A stretch of DNA of 64,000 nucleotides from Macrostomum lignano. Its lineage: Eukaryota. The translations under genes were made by a program, and so were the position numbers. Within the stretch, counting starts at the first letter, position 1, and every line of letters begins with the position of its first letter. The stretch covers positions 62,001 to 126,000 of the forward strand of contig NIVC01001486.1 in NCBI GenBank assembly GCA_002269645.1, given 5' to 3'. The notes beneath the pieces are model-generated. The model was given only the letters and a program-made list of their open reading frames with translations, did not search any database and was not told where the DNA came from. Positions 28,408 through 64,000 of this stretch are shown in pieces.

Positions 28408-29135
28408 ATGTCACTCTCATCACTCACAGGCACTCCAAATGTCACTCTCATTACTCACAGGCACTCCAAATGTCACTCTCACCACTCACAGGCACTCCAG
28501 ATGTCACTCTCATCATTCACAGGCACTCCATATGTCACTCTCATCACCCACAGGCACTCCAGATGTCACTCTTATCACTCACAGGCACTCCAGATGTCAC
28601 TCTCATCACCCACAGGCACTCCAGATGTCACTCTTATCACTCACAGACACTCCAGATGTCACTCTCATCACTCACAGGCACTCCAGATGTCACTCTCACC
28701 ACTCAGGCACTCCAAATGTCACTCTCATCATTCACAGGCACTCCATATGTCACTCTCATCACCCACAGGCACTCCAGATGTCACTCTTATCACTCACAGG
28801 CACTCCAGATGTCACTCTCATCACTCACAGGCACTCCAGATGTCACTCTCATCATTCACAGGCACTCCAGATGTCACTCTCATCACTCACAGGCACTCCA
28901 TATGTCACTCTCATCATTCACAGGCACTCCATATGTCACTCTCATCATTCACAGGCACTCCATATGTCACTCTCATCATTCACAGGCACTCCAGATGTCA
29001 CTCTTATCACTCACAGGCACTCCAGATGTCACTCTCACCACTCACAGGCACTCCAGATGTCACTCTTATCACTCACAGGCACTCCAGATGTCACTCTCAT
29101 CACTCACAGGCACTCCAGACGTCACTCTCATCACT
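28408..29135. repeat. 31-bp minisatellite
   Basis: Same family as 462-1930. Confidence 0.95.
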
Positions 29136-29139
29136 CATC

Positions 29140-29190
29140 CAGCAGGTCCAGCAGGCGGCGCCAGTCGAGCCGCCGGGTGCACCCAGCTAT
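29140..29190 (-). pseudogene. Short internally deleted fragment of the NSD SET exon
   Basis: ccagcaggcggcgccagtcgagccg..cgggtgcacc matches 40049-40110 and abuts the 31-bp array typical of the intron next to that exon. Confidence 0.7.
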
Positions 29191-30267
29191 TATGCTGAAA
29201 CGCTGAGGTACGGAGTATTCATTTACACGGAGAACGGAGAACTCATTTAGCGGGCTTTTCCAGTGCTTACAGTGTCTCTTCCTAATCCGATGGCTGCAAA
29301 GGCCAATTGGGCCGCCACTTCATTGGCTCGTGAAGGAGGCGGGGGTTGCTGCGGTTGCAACGGCGGGCATCCAAAATTGGCTGCTTCTGCGCGGGGAAAG
29401 GAGACAGAGACCAGTGCTGGCACGAAAGAATTGTGTGTGAAAGAAACTTGCAGACGAAGGCAGGTCAGCAAACACAGCGCACGCACAGCCCCTCCCCCCT
29501 CCTGACCCAGCAAAGCAGCCACCCAGCCCGCAGTTCAATGGCCCTCACCAGTGGCAAGCCTAACAGGAATTTCTACCTCAATGTCTAAAACTGACTATCC
29601 AGATCTAGGACGCTGGGCTCACTGCATGTCGCCAAACCAACCACCGCCTGTCTCTTGCCGAAAAGTGGAGTTTTCTATGGGAAATTGGGAAATTGGGGGC
29701 TGGGGGGCAGGATGATTCAAGGGAAGAGAAATCGCAACACGTGGGTTACACTGGATAATAAATTTGGTTGTTGAATTCTGATAACTAGGGGGTGGATTCT
29801 CAACAAGTGCAAAGCGATAATTAGTGATTTGTGTAAGTAAAACACGCAATGCATGTACAATTAGGCGCACAATATGCGACTAAGATTGCAAATGCAAACA
29901 CAAATTTTCAATTTCTCTTTCAGTGGCTGATTTGTACTTTTATTCGAATTCAAATTACCACATTATAACAGCATCTTTACACAAAGGCAAGTTTTGCAAA
30001 AAGTTGTAAACCAACTTCACACATATCCAGTCCTCCACACATGTATCTCTAATGTATTCTTAATGCATTTAAACATACTTTTGGTGGCGTTGGCAACGAA
30101 TTACAACAAAGAAACAACGAAGAGTCATTTCATCGAACTCCACTCTACGCCAAGCTTGAGGCCAGCAAACAGGGTTTCTAATTTTCTTTAATTAAATTCT
30201 CAAAAATGTCAAAATCATCATCGCAGGCCGCAATTTTGAGTTGACTTCTACTTGAATTCTACTTCAG

Positions 30268-30436
30268 TTGGACGCAAACCTGTACGCTGAGGCCTTCAAC
30301 AATTGGCAGGTGAGGTGGCAACGCAGCATTGAGAAGAGTGGCGACTATGTTTAAAAATGACTGTGCTGTTTGTTCTGGTTGCTTCTTTGTTTCCTGAGTT
30401 ACGGCACCTGTCCGATTTTTCACCGGACAGCTCTGG
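30268..30436 (+). mobile_element. Mariner 3' end fragment
   Basis: Same sequence and flanks as 2017-2184. Confidence 0.75.
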
Positions 30437-31071
30437 CACTTTGTGTGCAAATTCTCGAGTTTTAAAGTGATTCTCATCAGCTGTGAAGTAAGTTTTGGCA
30501 GTTGAATGAGTTCTTTAAAACAAAACAGTTTGTCCAGAAGACCGAACAAACGCCCGCCACGAGAAATTCTAAAAATAGCTCCCTCTAAACTCCTGGTTGC
30601 CAAGAGGGCTCTAGACACCCAGAGTGTTTAGCATATTACCTCTATGCTAGAGGTAATAGCAGTGTGAGTCACATTGATTTACACACAGAGATGCAGCTGC
30701 CATCGCTCAGCCTTTAAACTCACACTTTAAAATAGCACAGTCATTTAAAGTTGTTGTTTTTTTTTTCAGGCGCAACTGACCGGGCAGTAAGGCAGGCAGA
30801 GCATCGCTATAAATGCAAGTTGGTCTTATCTAATATTACACTATTACACTAGACATATAAGATTCATATCGATCTCTTGGAACATCCCTCAGAAAATCCC
30901 TCAGACTCCGAGTCCAGAAGCCCAGCAATGCCAGCAGCGGACGATATCAGCGAGCAGCTCAGCAGCAGCCCCACAGTCACGTGCAGCCCCATCGTTACGG
31001 CGTGGGACGCAGAGCTCATGCCGGTCTCTGGCAGATTCGCAGGTGGGTTTTGAGCTTCCGTGATTGCTTAA

Positions 31072-31665
31072 CACATTTTTTTGTTGGCACCGACACTTGG
31101 CTCGCAAAAATCGCTGAAATAAAAAGCATTGTTTTAAGCATAATTCTTATCGCAGAATTTCACGATTCTTACCCCCAGAATCACACGATTCTTACCCCCA
31201 GAATCACACGATTCTTACCCTCATAATCTCATGATTCTTACCCCCAGAATCTCACGATTCCTACACCCAGAATCTAACGATTCTTACCCTCAGAATCACA
31301 CGATTCTTACCCCCAGAATCACACGATTCTTACCCCCAGAATCACACGATTCTTACCCTTAGAATCTCACGATTCTTACCCTCAGAATCTCACGATTCTT
31401 ACCCTTAGAATCTCACGATTCTTACCCTCAGAATCTCACGATTCTTACCCTTAGAATCTCACGATTCTTACCCTCAGAATCTCATGATTCTTAAACTAGA
31501 ATCTCATGATTCCTACACCCAGAATGTCACGTCTCTAGGTAATTCTGGAGGGGGGATTCTACCTCAAAAGAATATAACATCGCTGAAAATTGCTGCATAT
31601 GACAAAAAATCGCTCAGCAATTTAAAATCGCCCAGCGATTAAAATTCGCCGGGGTGGAAACACTG
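31072..31665. mobile_element. hAT-type MITE with internal 22-23 bp minisatellite
   Basis: 8-bp duplication ttgcttaa at 31064-31071 and 31666-31673. Right end reads cagtgtttccacc in reverse; the sister copy's left end at 2699 reads aagtgttgccacc. Confidence 0.7.
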
Positions 31666-33054
31666 TTGCTTAAAAATTAGTACTGAGGCCTGACAGCCCT
31701 GACTGCATGCTGAAATTCTTTCTCCGGCTTTTCAGAGACGCCTTCGCAACCTGATGGCTGAGCGATGGCAGCTGCATCTCTGTGTGTAAATCAATGTGAC
31801 TCACACTGACACGTTGGTACAGATGAAATGAGATGAGATGTCAGTGATTTGCTTCAAATATTGACTTGTCATACATATTATATTCAGTTATTTATTCTGT
31901 TGATGTTGCGTTAAAATCCATAATACTGCAGCAGTGAACTCGACTCCCCCGCCTGAAAACCCCACGGCTCAACCGAATCGAATCAGTTAATCTACTTGGG
32001 CACAGGTAAACAAAGTTCAATAAGCAACTTATTGATTTTGAAAAATGTGATAAACACATGAGCTGCTACAGGACAGCTGTGATACACTGGCACACATCAC
32101 ATGCACATTTTCATCTTAATTAACATGAAAAGCCCAGGTACTGCTACAGTTTATCAGGCTTGATTGAGCTCAGATAGAATTATAGAATGAGCACAAGTGA
32201 CGTCACTGATTGGCAGCCTTCATATCGATTTCTGTTGCTTCAAATGTTGTTTCAGGACATGCGACTGATGACTGCATGCGTCAGAGCGATTTAGGCTTCT
32301 CCCTTCTGTTTGATTCTCTGCTTCTGCCTATCATTAATAATTAATGCGCAGGCCGATAAGTGCTGATTTTCATATTTTATAATATTTTCCGTGGCAAACT
32401 AATTATTCAATATTATGACTAAAAAAACAAATACAAACGGCTAATGAGGAATAGAATCTCCATTTGTGAATATAAATTATCTGGTAGCCTGAACAGTAGT
32501 AACTCGAGAATTTGTCTTGTTTAAATTCTGGGGAGAGAAGAATTAAGAGAATCCCGGGGGAGCTACGTTCGCTCGTGCAGCTACGTACACGGTAGCTAAA
32601 AATAGCCACAGAAAATATCTGCGTACAACGTACCACCAGCGTACAATTCAAGAGCTGCGGCAAATTCACCGTTTTTCTAAACATACTACTCACTGCTACT
32701 CATATTTATTGAAACAGTCACCTCATTCCATCAGTTTCAAATAACAAAATGCAGCCAACGCCAGCAAATGCTGTTTTATTGTCGATTTTCAACACTCAAA
32801 CTGAGCAGCTTCAGTTTAATTAAAACAATTGAAACATTTCGACAGAGCATTCAACTGAGGATGAAGCAGATCGCAAATGCAGCCTGAATACCTGACAGTA
32901 GTATGCAAAGGATATTATTATTATTATTGATAGAAATGGCACATTTAACATTGCAATCGCATTCGCCTATTAGAATAGACGCAATCAGGCTTTGAGTCCG
33001 GGCCGATATGTATCGAAAAGGCCCAGCATGCAGTGAGAATTGCAGCCTGAGTGA

Positions 33055-45530
<12,476 letters not shown>

Positions 45531-45929
45531 CTCGACAGGGGAGGCTGGAGTGACAAGAAATTTGAAGAAAATTGAGACTGCGGTTATACCTAAGAAGTTC
45601 CATCAGGAAAATTTGTAGCCATGTCTGACAAACAAATTTCAGGCTATTGGTCATGTCTGAGGAATTTTCATACTAGCGCTTTGCCGCGTTATCTGAGAAA
45701 TTCCTCCTGAAGCTCTTTTCTCCTACCTGAGAAATTTCCCCTGAACCTCAAATGTCATATCCCAGAAATCCCCATTGAACCTTAATGTCTTATAATGTCA
45801 GGACAATGAAATTTATCCTGAACTTGAAGTCATGCCTGAGAAATTCCCCCTGAACATCATAGACCAAATCCGAGAAATTTTTAATTAACCTCATTAACCA
45901 TACCTGAGAAATTTCCATTAAACCTCATG

Positions 45930-46850
45930 GCCATATCTGAGAAATTCCCCTTAAAACTAATAGGCCATATCTGAGAATTCCCCTTAAAACTAATAGGCCA
46001 TACCTGAGAATTCCCCTTAAAACTAATAGGCTATACCTGAGAATTCCCCTTAAAACTAATAGGCCATACCTGAGAAATTCCCCTTAAAACTAATAGGCCA
46101 TATCTGAGAAATTCCCCTTAAAACTAATAGGTCATATCTGAGAATTCCCCTTAAAACTAATAGGCCATACCTGAGAAATTCCCCTTAAAACTAATAGGCC
46201 ATACCTGAGAATTCCCCTTAAAACTAATAGGCTATACCTGAGAATTCCCCTTAAAACTAATAGGCCATACCTGAGAAATTCCCCTTAAAACTAATAGGCC
46301 ATATCTGAGAAATTCCCCTTAAAACTAATAGGCCATATCTGAGAATTCCCCTTAAAACTAATAGGCCATACCTGAGAATTCCCCTTAAAACTAATAGGCT
46401 ATACCTGAGAATTCCCCTTAAAACTAATAGGCCATACCTGAGAAATTCCCCTTAAAACTAATAGGCCATATCTGAGAAATTCCCCTTAAAACTAATAGGT
46501 CATATCTGAGAATTCCCCTTAAAACTAATAGGCCATACCTGAGAAATTCCCCTTAAAACTAATAGGCCATACCTGAGAATTCCCCTTAAAACTAATAGGC
46601 TATACCTGAGAATTCCCCTTAAAACTAATAGGCCATACCTGAGAAATTCCCCTTAAAACTAATAGGCCATATCTGAGAAATTCCCCTTAAAACTAATAGG
46701 TCATATCTGAGAAATTCCCCTCAAAACTAATAGGTCATACCTGAGAATTCCCCTTAAAACTAATAGGCTATACCTGAGAAATTCCCCTTAAAACTAATAG
46801 GCTATACCTGAGAAATTCCCCTTAAAACTAATAGGCAATATCTGAGAAAT
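45930..46850. repeat. 33-34-bp minisatellite upstream of the NSD start (possibly in a 5' UTR intron)
   Basis: Unit cccttaaaactaataggccatacctgagaattc. Confidence 0.93.
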
Positions 46851-47599
46851 CTGCTCCAGAGAATGCAGAACAATTGCAAATAACTGAGTGCTTGATCTCC
46901 AATATAAAAAAGCAGGACATATTTTATAAGCGCCAAACAAGGGAAATGAAACTGCAATTACAATTAAAATATATTAATTATTAAACAATAATGCACTCGA
47001 GTAGTTAAACAACAAACATAGCGGCATTAAAACACTGGGCCATTGAAACATGAACAAAGTCAGTTCACTAATAGCAAAATTGGCTTCAGAAAAAAAACAA
47101 TAAAAAGTTGGCCCACAGCAAACATACTACTATAGTGGCTAAACAAAAGCAGTAGTGTCTATAGGCTACAGACATTTAATTTTTCATTATTATTCTTTTT
47201 TCAGTGCCGGTGCAATGCTGATTTATAATTGTTTTACGATTAAAATGCTGAGCAAGTTTTTCCAATACCGGCTGGCGTGCACTACTGATAAGCGGACTGA
47301 ATAAGTAGGCAGTAGCGAGTTTCAAACCGGATTTAAAATTGGAGTGTCAAAATGAATGCAGCAAAAGGCTGTACAAAACCAGAAATATGCGACAGAGGAT
47401 ATGTCAGACGATATGATTTTCGAACTTTATGGAAGTTACTAATAACTATAAATTAGTAGGGACTCGGTTAGTGAACAATAATTTACAGTATATTAATAAC
47501 AGAAATTTAAAAAATGAAGCTAATGAGTTGCTTCAATTTTGACACTGAGCAAGTTTTACGAAAGCAAGTGCTCACAATTATGGGATTGGTGAGGGGATT

Positions 47600-48420
47600 G
47601 AAACCATGAGAAACTGGGGGAATTCATGAGAAACTGGGGAATTCACGAGAAACTAGGGAATTCATGAGAAACTGGGGAATTCATGAGAAACTGGGGAATT
47701 CATGAGAAACATTGGGGGAATTCATGAGAAACTGGGGAAATTCATGAGAAACATGGGGGATTCATGAGAAACTAGAGAATTTATGAGAAACTGGGGAATT
47801 CATGAGAAACCGGGGAATTCATGAGAAACTGGGGAATTTATGAGAAACTGGGGAATTCATGAGAAACTGGGGAATTCATGAGAAACTGGGGGAAATTCAT
47901 GAGAAACATGGGGAATTTATGAGAAACTGGGGAATTCATGAGAAACTGGGGAATTCATGAGAAACTGGGGAATTCATGAGAAACAGGGGAATTCATGAAA
48001 AACTGGAAAATTTATGAGAAACTGGGGAATTCATGAGAAACAGGGGAATTCATGAAAAACTGGGAAATTTATGAGAAACTGGGGAATTCATGAGAAACAG
48101 GGGAATTCATGAGAAACTGGGGGAATTTATGAGAAACTGACTGAGGAATTCATGAGAAACTGGGGAATTCATGAGAAACTGGGGAATTCATGAGAAACTG
48201 GGGGAATTCATTAGAAACTGGGGAATTCATGAGAAACCGGGGAATTCATGAAAAACTGGGGAATTCATGAGAAACAAGGGGAATTCATGAGAAACAGGAG
48301 AATTCATGAGAAACATTGGGGGAATTCATGAGAAACTGGGGAATTTATGAGAACTGGGGGAAATTCATGAGAAACATGGGGAATTTATGAGAAACTGGGG
48401 GAAATTCATGAGAAACAGGG
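47600..48420. repeat. 20-22-bp minisatellite in the CHD 3' flank
   Basis: Unit gaattcatgagaaactgggg. Confidence 0.93.
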
Positions 48421-48528
48421 ATTGATAAAGTGCAACAATATGCATGGTTGGCTTAAGTTATGAGAACTGGCAGTATAAATTTAACACGGAAGTCTAATTA
48501 AAGCTGGGATTCGAACTCGCGACCTGTC

Positions 48529-64000
<15,472 letters not shown>

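Noticed and set aside
48505-48528. tRNA B-box-like motif (ggtcgcgagttcgaatccc) right after the CHD stop
   Set aside because: No A box or other tRNA structure nearby; too short to support a call.

Overview
Eukaryotic (metazoan) genomic DNA. GC-rich exons separated by introns that are almost entirely minisatellite suggest the flatworm Macrostomum or a similar genome; this is inference, not a database match. Right half (33-64 kb), minus strand: 12 phase-consistent exons of a CHD3/4/5 (Mi-2) chromatin remodeller whose 5' end is outside the window. Immediately downstream in tandem is an NSD-type gene (PWWP-PHDx4-PWWP-AWS-SET-PHD, about 1016 aa predicted). Its SET domain has lost the NH motif, the catalytic tyrosines and most post-SET cysteines, so it is a candidate pseudo-methyltransferase. 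Its last intron holds a ~5.7 kb block with an antisense intronless secreted-protein gene (PAN + Thr-rich stalk + LamG-like) and a Tc1 element. Left half (1-33 kb) is a scrambled mosaic. It contains duplicated 3' ends of the NSD and CHD genes, a two-exon WSC+PAN gene and a decayed paralogue, a mariner ORF and orphan mariner ends. It also has a 3.37 kb CMC/EnSpm-type element, a hAT-type MITE, tRNA-derived SINEs, and at least eight copies of an unnamed repeat with exon-intron-exon signatures. All domain calls are from motif recognition by eye; no searches were run.
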